From Bacteroidales bacterium (GTDB lineage Bacteria; Bacteroidota; Bacteroidia; Bacteroidales; VadinHA17), in NCBI GenBank assembly GCA_017882305.1, contig JADGPU010000001.1, forward strand, positions 7,789 to 71,788: 64,000 nucleotides of DNA, read 5' to 3'. Within the stretch, counting starts at the first letter, position 1. Each line of letters begins with the position of its first letter. This document shows positions 8,764 through 17,677 of this stretch, one piece after another. Position numbers and translations under genes: made by a program. The notes beneath the pieces were generated by a model that was given only the letters and a program-made list of their open reading frames with translations, ran no database searches and was not told the DNA's origin.

Positions 8764-9996
8764 TTAATTCTGTATTTTGCCTTTCATCGACATGTAATTT
8801 GTTACCGGAAGTCTTCTTGCTCTCAGGAGTATATTCCAGTATATCCATTTAAATAGTAGTTTTCCGAGGTGATTTAACCTCGACTCTTTTAATAATGAGA
8901 AGGGGCCAATGTAAGGTAAAGGATATAATCCGGGAAGAGGCTCAGTTGCATAATTAAAATCAATAAGGATACCCTTGCCAAAACCTGTCTCAATATAGCA
9001 ATTGGAGTGGCCATCAAAAGAAACAGTCAATGGTCTGTTATTTATGAATTCAATGATGTTTTTCTCAAGCACATCTGCCTGGAAATGAGCAACAGAGCCT
9101 GCTTTTGATGAAGGGAAATTCCCGGCATCTCCGATTACAAAGATATTTTTATACAATACTGACTGGAGGGTATTCTTATCGGCTTTAACAAATCCGAATT
9201 CATCTCCGAGACCACTTTTTGAAATCACGGGGTCGCCTGTATGAAGAGGTATTGAAACCAGACAGTCAAAAGGAACGTCTCTGCCACCGAAATCGAGTAT
9301 TTTTTTATTAGTGTTATCAACCTCACCCAGGAAGAAATCACTTACCAGGTTTATATTTTTCCTGCCAAGAAGAGATCCAAGCTCTTTGGATGCTTTTGGT
9401 TTAGTAAACGCACCTGATAATGGCGTGACATAAGTAATATTCACTTTATCGCGCATACCTTTGCTGGTAAAATAGTAGTCAGAAAGAAAGGCGAACTCCA
9501 ACGGAGCAACAGGGCATTTGATAGGATTATCAGCTATATTAATAACAAGATTTCCTCCCTGCCACGTCTTGAAAAATCCTGCAAGAGCTTCCGCTCCCTC
9601 AATGGTATAAAAATCAAATATGTTTTTCTGCCAAAGCTCTCCTTTTAAACCAGGAGTTTCTTCGGGACTGATTCTTGTTCCGGTAGCGATAATAAGGATA
9701 TCATAACCTATTTCATTACCATTAACAAGAGTTACATTATTCTTTGCTGCATCAATCTTTTCAATCTCACTATTTATTACTTCAACTCCCTTTGGAAAGA
9801 ATTTAAGGGTAGGTTTGAGAATTTCTTTTTTCTGATAATAACCAAAAGGGATAAACAAAAAACCTGGTTGATAATAATGATTCATTTCCTTTTCCACTAC
9901 AGTCACACTCCAATCATTACCTGGCAACTCTTTTCTCATCTTATTTGCCATTATTGTTCCGGCAGTACCAGCACCAAGTATTAAAAGTTTCTTCAT
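8764..9996 (-). CDS. NAD(P)/FAD-dependent oxidoreductase, sulfide:quinone oxidoreductase-like
   Basis: LILGAGTAGT FAD-binding site, IKCPVAPLEFAF, FVIGDAG, and a C-terminal amphipathic tail. Confidence 0.75.
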   Translation of the reverse strand: MKKLLILGAGTAGTIMANKMRKELPGNDWSVTVVEKEMNHYYQPGFLFIPFGYYQKKEILKPTLKFFPKGVEVINSEIEKIDAAKNNVTLVNGNEIGYDILIIATGTRISPEETPGLKGELWQKNIFDFYTIEGAEALAGFFKTWQGGNLVINIADNPIKCPVAPLEFAFLSDYYFTSKGMRDKVNITYVTPLSGAFTKPKASKELGSLLGRKNINLVSDFFLGEVDNTNKKILDFGGRDVPFDCLVSIPLHTGDPVISKSGLGDEFGFVKADKNTLQSVLYKNIFVIGDAGNFPSSKAGSVAHFQADVLEKNIIEFINNRPLTVSFDGHSNCYIETGFGKGILIDFNYATEPLPGLYPLPYIGPFSLLKESRLNHLGKLLFKWIYWNILLRARRLPVTNYMSMKGKIQN

Positions 9997-10008
9997 ATTT
10001 CAGTTGTT

Positions 10009-10026
10009 CTGTTAATTTATTAACAG
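10009..10026. promoter_or_regulatory. Candidate Rex operator, CTGTTAA-TTTA-TTAACAG
   Basis: Perfect 7+7 palindrome with 12/14 match to TTGTTAA-N4-TTAACAA. It lies 13-30 nt upstream of the ATG at 9996. Confidence 0.65.
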
Positions 10027-10028
10027 TA

Positions 10029-10036
10029 CAAATGTA
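10029..10036 (-). promoter_or_regulatory. -7 box, TAcaTTTG
   Basis: The minus strand reads TACATTTG, 2 nt before the Rex-type palindrome. Confidence 0.5.
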
Positions 10037-10182
10037 TTTCATATATTGAACTATCTAGATATTTATGATATTTATGATGTTTTATGTTTTTTTACATGTT
10101 AAAAAACAATATTAAAAAAAACAGAGTACCTTAGGCCGTCTAAAAAATTCATTATTGTTTTTATTATTTAACTACTAAATTT

Positions 10183-10584
10183 ATGAAAAAGGTAAGCGTA
10201 ATAGTTCTTATTATGGTTCTTAGTCTACCGGTTTTAATTGCCCAAAATAATCAAGTTAAAAATGACCTTGTTGGTACCTGGAAATTTGACGCCCCATACG
10301 CACCTGAAGGATACAGCTCCGGAACAATAGTTGTCAGCATAGTTGAACAAAAACATACCACAACAATGGCATTCACAGGGAATGATTTTAAATTTCCCGG
10401 CGAAAACGTAAAAGCTGATAAAGACAGCGTATTGTTCTCTGTATACATTGATGGACAGGATGTTAAGGTGATGCTGAAGATTGAAAATGATACAATAATG
10501 TCTGGCAAAGCGATCTATTCAGAGGGAGAAATTCCTATTACGCTTACCAAAACTACTGCATCTGAAGCTGAAATAAAACAATAA
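10183..10584 (+). CDS. Secreted hypothetical protein
   Basis: 133-aa ORF with an N-terminal signal peptide (MKKVSVIVLIMVLSLPVLIAQ). I recognise no family motif. Confidence 0.6.
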   Translation: MKKVSVIVLIMVLSLPVLIAQNNQVKNDLVGTWKFDAPYAPEGYSSGTIVVSIVEQKHTTTMAFTGNDFKFPGENVKADKDSVLFSVYIDGQDVKVMLKIENDTIMSGKAIYSEGEIPITLTKTTASEAEIKQ

Positions 10585-10698
10585 CCTGATCTGTATTTTA
10601 CAGATTTCTGTTGGATTCCTGCTTAGAATTAACAAGGGAAGATTTGCTTTCCCAGGAGAAATAATCTTTTCATTTTTATTTGATTCATCTCAGAAACT

Positions 10699-12675
10699 AT
10701 GAAAAAATTTGTGATAATTATCATTGCTGGTATGCTCTATATGATTCCCGGCAGGTCACAGATTATTAATAAAGAGCCTCTGAGCATTCGTCAGACCGGT
10801 TATAAGATTGATGCAAAACTTGACCCGTTAACAAAAACCGTTACAGGTACTATGGAAGCTTTCTGGGTAAATAAGTCCGCCGATATCGTACCCGACATTC
10901 AGTTGCATCTCTACATGAATGCCTTCAGAAATAAGAAGACTACAATGTATAAAGAATCAGCCGGTTTATTGAACAGTAAAGATCAAAATTCGGGATGGAT
11001 AGATGTTAAATCATTCACTGACAGAAATGGCAGCGATTTTACTCGGGTAATGAATTTTATAAGTCCCGATGATGGGAATCCTTTTGACCAGACAGTTTTA
11101 AAGGCACTGCTTCCAAAACCTGCTTTGCCTGGTGATACTGTATTTATAAATATGGTTTTTGAAACCAGACTTCCATCAATTACAAGGAGAACGGGCTACT
11201 CCGATGATTTCTATTTTGTTGCACAGTGGTTTCCGAAATTTGGTGTGTATGAATCTGCGGGTATGCGATATGCGACAAAAGGAGCCTGGAATTGTCACCA
11301 GTTTCACGCTAACTCTGAATTTTTTTCAAATCATAGTGTGTACAATGTTAAGATCACTGTTCCAAAGGAATATGTTGTCGGAACAGGAGGAATGCTAATA
11401 GCTGAATCTGATTCTGATGCCGAAGGAAAGAATAAAACACTCACTTACCGCGCGGAGGATATTGTTGATTTTGCATGGACAGCCTGGCCGGGGTACGCCG
11501 TTTTTACTGATAAGTGGCAGCATATTAAAATTACACTTCTTCTTCCAAAGGATAGGATTGAACAGGTTGAAAGACAATTCACTGCAGTAAAACATGCAAT
11601 GGAATATTATGCTAAATATGTCGGACCTTATCCATGGCCATATCTTACTATCGTCGATCCCCCTGCAAAGGGAGCCAGAGCAGGAGGTATGGAATATACC
11701 ACTCTGTTTACCTCTTCCTCTTCCTATTTGGTACCTGCATTTATTCATTTTCCTGAAATGGTTACTATACACGAATTCGGCCATGCATATTTTATGGGCA
11801 TTCTGGCCAGTAACGAGTTTGAGGAGCCATGGCTGGATGAGGGCGTGAATTCTTTCTGGGAAGAAAGAATTGTGGATCATTATTATGGCGAGAATTCAGG
11901 ACTTATAAATCATCCTTTTCTAAAGATTGCCGACAAATCTCTTGGACGATTATCCTATGTGCATTCTGAAGGCAGGCAAGATGTCACTAATAATGAGTAT
12001 TCCTGGAATTATCCCCATCGTACTTATGGAATGATGTCATACGATAAAACTGCAACATGGCTTTACACACTTATGGGAATTATCGGAGAGGAGACAACCA
12101 ATGAGGTATTCAGGGAATATTATAAAAAATGGGCTTTTAAACATCCATCGGGAAAGGATTTTGTAAATGTTGTGAATGAGGTCGTAACAAGGATTCACGG
12201 GGATAAATTTGGACCTGATATGAACTGGTTCTTTAACCAGACTCTCTATGGTAACGGACTTTGCGATTATAAAGTTACCAATATCTATAATAAAAAACTT
12301 GAAACATTAAAAGAGAATTTGAGTGATAGTGATTCTATCAATAAAAATTTGTTGAGCATGGACCGGCAATACAAATCAGTGGTGGAACTTGAAAGGGCAG
12401 GAGAGGTAATGCTTCCTGTAGAAGTTCTAGTTCACTTTAAAAATGGCGATGAACTACTTGAATCATGGGATGGGAAAAGCAGGTTTAAAGATTTTTCATA
12501 TACAGGTAACAGGGAGATCGAATGGGTTAAAATAGATCCCGAATTCAAGATCAGGATGGATGTTAATTATATAAATAATTCAATGACACTAAATCCAGAT
12601 CGTGTTCCTTTGCGCAGATTAACTAATAAGCTAATATCATTCATGCAGTTTTTCATAAATTTTATTTCATTATAG
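10699..12675 (+). CDS. M1 family metallopeptidase
   Basis: Signal peptide, then HEFGHAYF followed 18 residues later by WLDEG (HExxH+E gluzincin). Confidence 0.85.
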   Translation: MKKFVIIIIAGMLYMIPGRSQIINKEPLSIRQTGYKIDAKLDPLTKTVTGTMEAFWVNKSADIVPDIQLHLYMNAFRNKKTTMYKESAGLLNSKDQNSGWIDVKSFTDRNGSDFTRVMNFISPDDGNPFDQTVLKALLPKPALPGDTVFINMVFETRLPSITRRTGYSDDFYFVAQWFPKFGVYESAGMRYATKGAWNCHQFHANSEFFSNHSVYNVKITVPKEYVVGTGGMLIAESDSDAEGKNKTLTYRAEDIVDFAWTAWPGYAVFTDKWQHIKITLLLPKDRIEQVERQFTAVKHAMEYYAKYVGPYPWPYLTIVDPPAKGARAGGMEYTTLFTSSSSYLVPAFIHFPEMVTIHEFGHAYFMGILASNEFEEPWLDEGVNSFWEERIVDHYYGENSGLINHPFLKIADKSLGRLSYVHSEGRQDVTNNEYSWNYPHRTYGMMSYDKTATWLYTLMGIIGEETTNEVFREYYKKWAFKHPSGKDFVNVVNEVVTRIHGDKFGPDMNWFFNQTLYGNGLCDYKVTNIYNKKLETLKENLSDSDSINKNLLSMDRQYKSVVELERAGEVMLPVEVLVHFKNGDELLESWDGKSRFKDFSYTGNREIEWVKIDPEFKIRMDVNYINNSMTLNPDRVPLRRLTNKLISFMQFFINFISL

Positions 12676-12686
12676 TTTAGTCATTT

Positions 12687-13568
12687 ATGAAGATATTCAT
12701 CTCTTTGGAAACCGGAATACTACGATCAGTGAAATCGTGGAAAGGAATCGTGATAGTATGGCTATGTTCTCTTTTGCTTGTCAGCCTGGTGGCTATTCCA
12801 ATGAAAGGTGCACTTAAATCCGGGCTTGGAAACAGCATGATAACTGAAAAGCTGGCAAATGGAATTAATGTTGAAGTCTTTGCCGATCTGGGAACAGCCT
12901 TCCGAAGCCTGTTTTCCTATTTTTCAACCGGTTTATTCATGGTTCTGTTTGTTGGATTTCTGATTAATTCGTTTCTTTCAGGGGGATTATTCGACAGCCT
13001 GAAAGGAATATCCGGTACTTTTTCTCCTGTGAAATTTTTCATAGCATCTGCAAAAAACTTCTGGTCTTTCGTTATCATTTCTTTAATTATCAGCCTGGCA
13101 GTTATATTACTTGCAATTCTAATTGTTGTCATTCCGGTTTCAATTGTCAGCCATGCTGAGTCATCATCAGAAGGAGCTGCTTTAAAAACCGGGATTATAT
13201 TAACTTCATTTTTTCTCCTGATCCTGGTTCTTCTTTTACTTGTTGCTGATTACACAAGGGCATGGCAGGTTTCGCACGATAAAAATGAATGCTTCAAAGC
13301 ATTAGGTTTTGGTTTCAGCCAGACATTCAGAACTTTCTTTTCATCTTACCCATTAATGTTAATTTTACTGGTAGTTCAGTTACTATATGGGTGGCTGGTC
13401 CTAATCGTACTCCCGGGAATAAAACCTGTTACAGAAGGGGGTATTGTTCTGCTATTCATACTATCACAGTTTCTGTTCTTCATTAAGATTCTGCTAAAAG
13501 TTTGGAGATATGGCAGTGTTACCAAGATGATGGAACTGCATTTCGAACGCCTCAACAGGGGCGTCTAA
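12687..13568 (+). CDS. Polytopic membrane protein, unknown function
   Basis: 293-aa ORF with about 6-7 hydrophobic helices, starting 12 nt after the peptidase stop. Confidence 0.6.
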   Translation: MKIFISLETGILRSVKSWKGIVIVWLCSLLLVSLVAIPMKGALKSGLGNSMITEKLANGINVEVFADLGTAFRSLFSYFSTGLFMVLFVGFLINSFLSGGLFDSLKGISGTFSPVKFFIASAKNFWSFVIISLIISLAVILLAILIVVIPVSIVSHAESSSEGAALKTGIILTSFFLLILVLLLLVADYTRAWQVSHDKNECFKALGFGFSQTFRTFFSSYPLMLILLVVQLLYGWLVLIVLPGIKPVTEGGIVLLFILSQFLFFIKILLKVWRYGSVTKMMELHFERLNRGV

Positions 13569-13582
13569 TGAGACCTTTTTAA

Positions 13583-13641
13583 CCGCAAAATAGGCTAACC
13601 TGCCTGCAAGTAGGCAGGGAAGGCGCCCCCTGGCCGTGCGG
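13583..13641 (+). other. GC-rich nested hairpin element
   Basis: CCGCA...TGCGG encloses CCTGCCT-gcaagt-AGGCAGG. This is a local GC island directly after the stop at 13568. Confidence 0.4.
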
Positions 13642-13789
13642 ATTAACTTTGATATTAACATCACAGTAGGCAAAACATTCTGTTTTTTCTTCATTTATAT
13701 TTTGCATTTCATAAAAATATGTAACTTGATAGGTGAATAATGATTAATAATTCGTCAATAAACATTTATTTACTTATATATTATCAGTT

Positions 13790-14128
13790 ATGAAAAAACT
13801 TATTTCATGTTGCGGATTGAATTGTGCCACATGTGAGGCACGAATTGCAACAGTTACCAACGATGATGAACTCAGAAAAGCAACAGCAGAAAAATGGAAA
13901 ACCATTTATAATGTTCCTGATATTTCACCGGCTATGATAAACTGCACAGGGTGCAGAGAGGAAGGGGTGAAGATAGGTCACTGGAGTACGTGTCAGATCA
14001 GAATCTGTGCCACAAAGAAAGGCTTTGCAACCTGTGGAGAATGCAAGGAGATGGACACTTGCAGTTTAATTTCGCCAGTTCATAAAAGTGTCCCGGAGGC
14101 ACTATTTAATTTGAAGAATTTGAACTGA
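13790..14128 (+). CDS. DUF3795-like Cys-rich protein
   Basis: 112 aa starting CCGLNCATCEA, with further CTGC and CGEC pairs. Confidence 0.65.
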   Translation: MKKLISCCGLNCATCEARIATVTNDDELRKATAEKWKTIYNVPDISPAMINCTGCREEGVKIGHWSTCQIRICATKKGFATCGECKEMDTCSLISPVHKSVPEALFNLKNLN

Positions 14129-14167
14129 TCTTTTCTAATACCATAACCCTGATTAAATTTTTCTTAA

Positions 14168-14599
14168 ATGGCAGAAAAAGAGAACCTTTTACTCACCGAT
14201 AAACAGATCTATCCCACTGATGAATATATCTTTTCAATAATAGGGGATATGAAGATCTTTTGGCAGAGTATTATGAACCACATGATCAATAACTATAAAG
14301 ATTCTGCCGGTGAGTGGAATTTTTATAATGACGGGAAAAGATGGCTTTTTAAGATGATCTATAAAAAGAAAACTATTTTCTGGGCCGGCATCTTAACTGA
14401 TACATTCCGGATTACCTTCTATCTTGGGAATAAGGCTGAAACTATAATTGAAAATAGTGACCTCCCTCAGAATATAAAAGAAGAATTCAGAACAGCCAAA
14501 AGATATGGTTTAATCAGACCTGTTACGTTTATTGTCAAAAACAAAACAGATGTCGATAATGTATTAAAAATGATTGATATAAAGAGTAAAATAAAATAA
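14168..14599 (+). CDS. DUF3788-like protein
   Basis: 143-aa ORF. The assignment comes from overall resemblance (WNFYNDGKRWLFKM) and is weak. Confidence 0.55.
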   Translation: MAEKENLLLTDKQIYPTDEYIFSIIGDMKIFWQSIMNHMINNYKDSAGEWNFYNDGKRWLFKMIYKKKTIFWAGILTDTFRITFYLGNKAETIIENSDLPQNIKEEFRTAKRYGLIRPVTFIVKNKTDVDNVLKMIDIKSKIK

Positions 14600-14618
14600 T
14601 TTCAATTGACGAAAAGGC

Positions 14619-14754
14619 TAATTGTCTTGTTGTCTTACAGTCCTGCGGTCTTGCAGTCTTGGAGTATCTTTTATTGTTTTGCCCCCGCCTTGCGGGATTT
14701 CGTCACTTCGTTCCTCAACTTTTGCCATTTGCCATTTGACTTTTACCTTTCAAC
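14619..14754. repeat. Composite low-complexity spacer: 8-nt-period array, hairpin element, then 7-nt-period array
   Basis: Octamers ttgttgtc/ttacagtc/ctgcggtc/ttgcagtc/ttggagta (14627-14666). Heptamers cctcaac/ttttgcc/atttgcc/atttgac/ttttacc/tttcaac (14713-14754). Confidence 0.75.
14679..14724 (+). repeat. Dispersed hairpin element, copy 1 (CCCGC-CTT-GCGGG core)
   Basis: ttgcccccgccttgcgggattt...acttcgttcctcaactttt matches the reverse complement of 40486-40542, apart from a 4-nt versus 16-nt central segment. Confidence 0.8.
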
Positions 14755-14815
14755 TACGTATAAATACCCCATATAAATAGGCTTTAAGCTTCTTTCCCTC
14801 TTTTCATTTAGGTAT

Positions 14816-14823
14816 TACCTTTG
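14816..14823 (+). promoter_or_regulatory. -7 box, TAccTTTG
   Basis: TACCTTTG abuts the Rex-type palindrome, 38 nt upstream of the ATG at 14861. Confidence 0.5.
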
Positions 14824-14840
14824 TGTTAATCTTTTAACAA
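14823..14840. promoter_or_regulatory. Candidate Rex operator, GTGTTAA-TCTT-TTAACAA
   Basis: 13/14 half-site match to TTGTTAA-N4-TTAACAA, ending 20 nt upstream of the hdrC-like start. Confidence 0.65.
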
Positions 14841-14860
14841 TTGTCACTTATTACAGGCTG

Positions 14861-15568
14861 ATGGGAAAACTATACGATTCATTATTAGAAGATGTCAGGT
14901 TTGAAGAAGGACTGAATGCGTGTATGAATTGCGGAGTCTGTACTGCTATTTGTCCGGCTGCTGAGTTTTATAATTACGATCCCAGAAAAATTGTCGATGA
15001 AGTTCAGACGAAGGATGATGATAAAATTACTGAACTTTTAAAGTCTGAAACAATTTGGTATTGCGGTGAATGTATGTCATGCAAGACACGCTGTCCCCGA
15101 GGTAATGCTCCCGGATTGATAATCATGGCATTGCGATCGCTTTCACAGGATCTTGGGTTCTTTACAGAATCCGAAAAAGGAAGACAGCAGCTTGCACTTA
15201 AAAGGACCGTTGGCCATTGGATACTTACTTATGGATACTGTCTATATCTTGAGGGTGTCGGTACATCATTACATCCTGAACAGGGGCCTGTTTGGGACTG
15301 GATTCAGGATAACTGGAGCGACCTGTTTAAAAAAATGGGAGCTAATTATAAAGGGGATGGCCCTGGAATACTCAGGAGAATACCTGAAGAGGCGATGGAT
15401 GAAATCAGGGAAATATTTAAAGTGACCGGCGGAATGAAAAGATTTGAAAATATTGAAAAATTCTCAAAGAAAAAAGCCAAGGAATTAAATATGCAATTGG
15501 ATGAAGGTATTGAGAATGAGTACTTCCGGCATATCTATAAAACTAATAATGGTTCTCATACAAGATAA
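14861..15568 (+). CDS. HdrC-like 4Fe-4S dicluster protein
   Basis: CMNCGVCTAICP and CGECMSCKTRCP, in the helical-ferredoxin arrangement of HdrC. Confidence 0.8.
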   Translation: MGKLYDSLLEDVRFEEGLNACMNCGVCTAICPAAEFYNYDPRKIVDEVQTKDDDKITELLKSETIWYCGECMSCKTRCPRGNAPGLIIMALRSLSQDLGFFTESEKGRQQLALKRTVGHWILTYGYCLYLEGVGTSLHPEQGPVWDWIQDNWSDLFKKMGANYKGDGPGILRRIPEEAMDEIREIFKVTGGMKRFENIEKFSKKKAKELNMQLDEGIENEYFRHIYKTNNGSHTR

Positions 15569-15580
15569 TATTTTCAGAAA

Positions 15581-16642
15581 ATGATACTTGAAGGTAAAAA
15601 AGCCATTTGGAATGATTATCAGAAGGAAATTGCTGACGACAAATATTATTATGTAAGAAGCTGCGTAAGACAAAATTTTTTTCCCGGATCAGAAACAGCC
15701 TTTCTCAAAATAATGCGTGAGGAGCTTAAGAAGGATGTATATGAGCATCCCTGCCATACAACGTGCACAGGAATTGGATATCATGGCGATATTGTTCCTG
15801 TTGAAACTACAATGACTGTTGTTGCACGTCAGTTTGCCATAATGACTGAAGCCGGCTATGAGAACCTTTTACCATCCTGCATTACATCTTTCGGATTATA
15901 TACAGAAATACTGGATACCTGGCATCATTTTCCCGAGGTCGAGGAAAAAGTGAGACGACAACTAAGAAAAGCAACCGGCAGAGAATTCAGGAAACCAAAG
16001 AACCTGGCACATGCAAGTGATGTGATCTATAAATTCAGAAAGGAGATCGCCTCAAAAGCAAAATATAAGCTTGTAAATAAAAATACCGGAGAACCATTGA
16101 AAGTTGTTGATCATATCGGATGTCATTATGCTAAGATGTTCCCTTCCAAAGGAATTGGTGGTGCTGAATATCCTTATGTGCTTGCCGGGATGGTTGAGGA
16201 ATGGGGTGGGAACGTAATTGATTATCCTGAAAGAAGGCACTGCTGCGGATTTGGCTTCAGGCAATACCTTGTACAGGCAAACAGAGGTTTCTCTGTTGCA
16301 TGTTCAAAAGAAAAATTTGAATCGATGAAACCTTTCAAACCAGATATGATAATTACAAACTGTCCGGGTTGCCCAATGTTCCTTGACAGATGGCAATATG
16401 TTATAAATGAGATGGAAGGCAAAAGATATGGCCAGAATGAAGAAGGAATTCCTGTCTTTACATATGAAGAAGTAGCCGGACTTGTTCTTGGCTATGATCC
16501 ATGGGAGTTAGGTCTTCAGATGCATCAGACCGATTGCGAACCAGTTCTGGACAAGATAGGCATTGACTATTCCCCGGAAGATAAATATAATCTTAAAATT
16601 ATTCCATCATATTCAGAAAGTCGCAGTTTAATAAACGTTTGA
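15581..16642 (+). CDS. HdrB-like protein with CCG domains
   Basis: HIGCHYAKMFP, RRHCCGFG and ITNCPGCPMF form a CCG domain. The N-terminal half has a degenerate copy (CHTTCTGIG). Confidence 0.8.
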   Translation: MILEGKKAIWNDYQKEIADDKYYYVRSCVRQNFFPGSETAFLKIMREELKKDVYEHPCHTTCTGIGYHGDIVPVETTMTVVARQFAIMTEAGYENLLPSCITSFGLYTEILDTWHHFPEVEEKVRRQLRKATGREFRKPKNLAHASDVIYKFRKEIASKAKYKLVNKNTGEPLKVVDHIGCHYAKMFPSKGIGGAEYPYVLAGMVEEWGGNVIDYPERRHCCGFGFRQYLVQANRGFSVACSKEKFESMKPFKPDMIITNCPGCPMFLDRWQYVINEMEGKRYGQNEEGIPVFTYEEVAGLVLGYDPWELGLQMHQTDCEPVLDKIGIDYSPEDKYNLKIIPSYSESRSLINV

Positions 16643-16648
16643 TTGTTA

Positions 16649-17677
16649 ATGAGTAAGCATGTTATAGTCATAGGTGGTGGAGTTGCAGGACTTGAAGTTG
16701 CAGGTCAGTTATCTAAAGTCGGAATTGAAGTCAGCCTGATAGAAAAGGAATCAAAAACCGGAGGACACCTGAATAATTGGTATAAACTCTTCCCCGACAG
16801 GAGGAATAGCTCCGAGGTAAAGGAATACCTCAATGGAATTACTGCAAATAATGGAATTAACCTGATGACTGATACAACGATAGAAAAGTTTAACCGGAGC
16901 AGGAGCTGTTTTTCAATTACAACAAATGGAGGAAAAGAGCTGATCGCTGATGCAATTGTTGTAGCTACAGGTTTTGATCTATTTAAAAGCGCCAGGAAAG
17001 AGGAGTATGGTTATGGTATTTATGATAACGTCATTACATCTGCTGATCTTGAGGAGATGTTCAGGAAAGGAGAAATTGTACTAACTGACGGTTCTGTTCC
17101 TGAATCGATTGGAATCATACACTGTGTTGGCTCAAGAGATGAGAAAGTCGGCAATTATTATTGCTCAAAATTATGCTGTGTCACTGCAGTTAAGCAAGCT
17201 ATAGAGTTAAGAGAACATCTTCCTGAATCGAAAGTCTTTTGTTACTATATGGATATGAGGATGGGTGGAGCCTTTTATGAAGAGCTTTATCGGGAAGCTC
17301 AGGAAAAATGGGGTGTTAACTTCATAAGAGGCAAAGTATCTGAGGCAAGCGAGACAATCGAAAAAAAACTCATGGTAAAGGTCGAGGATACTCTTGCAGG
17401 GAGACCACTTAAAATGAATCTCGATATGCTGGTTTTAATGGCAGGCATGGAAATGTCAGCAGGTGGGGAAAAAGTTGCCGGTATGAGTGGCCTTAAAACA
17501 GGCGAAAACAGGTTTTTTGCTGCAGCCGATAATCATTTTGGCAGCAACAAAAGTAATATCGAAGGGATATTCTATGCAGGTACATGCACTGCGCCAATGA
17601 ATATTACCGAAACAATTTCACATGCACGGGCAGCTTTTACCGAGGTAATGGAATGGCTTAGAAATGGTAAAAGATAA
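16649..17677 (+). CDS. HdrA-like FAD-dependent oxidoreductase (short form)
   Basis: VIVIGGGVAGLE, and CVGSRDEKVGNYYCSKLCC, the HdrA CxGSRD...CSxxCC cluster motif. About 340 aa, lacking the ferredoxin and MvhD-type domains. Confidence 0.8.
   Translation: MSKHVIVIGGGVAGLEVAGQLSKVGIEVSLIEKESKTGGHLNNWYKLFPDRRNSSEVKEYLNGITANNGINLMTDTTIEKFNRSRSCFSITTNGGKELIADAIVVATGFDLFKSARKEEYGYGIYDNVITSADLEEMFRKGEIVLTDGSVPESIGIIHCVGSRDEKVGNYYCSKLCCVTAVKQAIELREHLPESKVFCYYMDMRMGGAFYEELYREAQEKWGVNFIRGKVSEASETIEKKLMVKVEDTLAGRPLKMNLDMLVLMAGMEMSAGGEKVAGMSGLKTGENRFFAAADNHFGSNKSNIEGIFYAGTCTAPMNITETISHARAAFTEVMEWLRNGKR

Noticed and set aside
13494-13694. A 66-aa minus-strand ORF.
   Set aside because: It overlaps the end of the membrane-protein gene and runs through the GC-rich hairpin element. 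I recognise no motif, so it is probably spurious.
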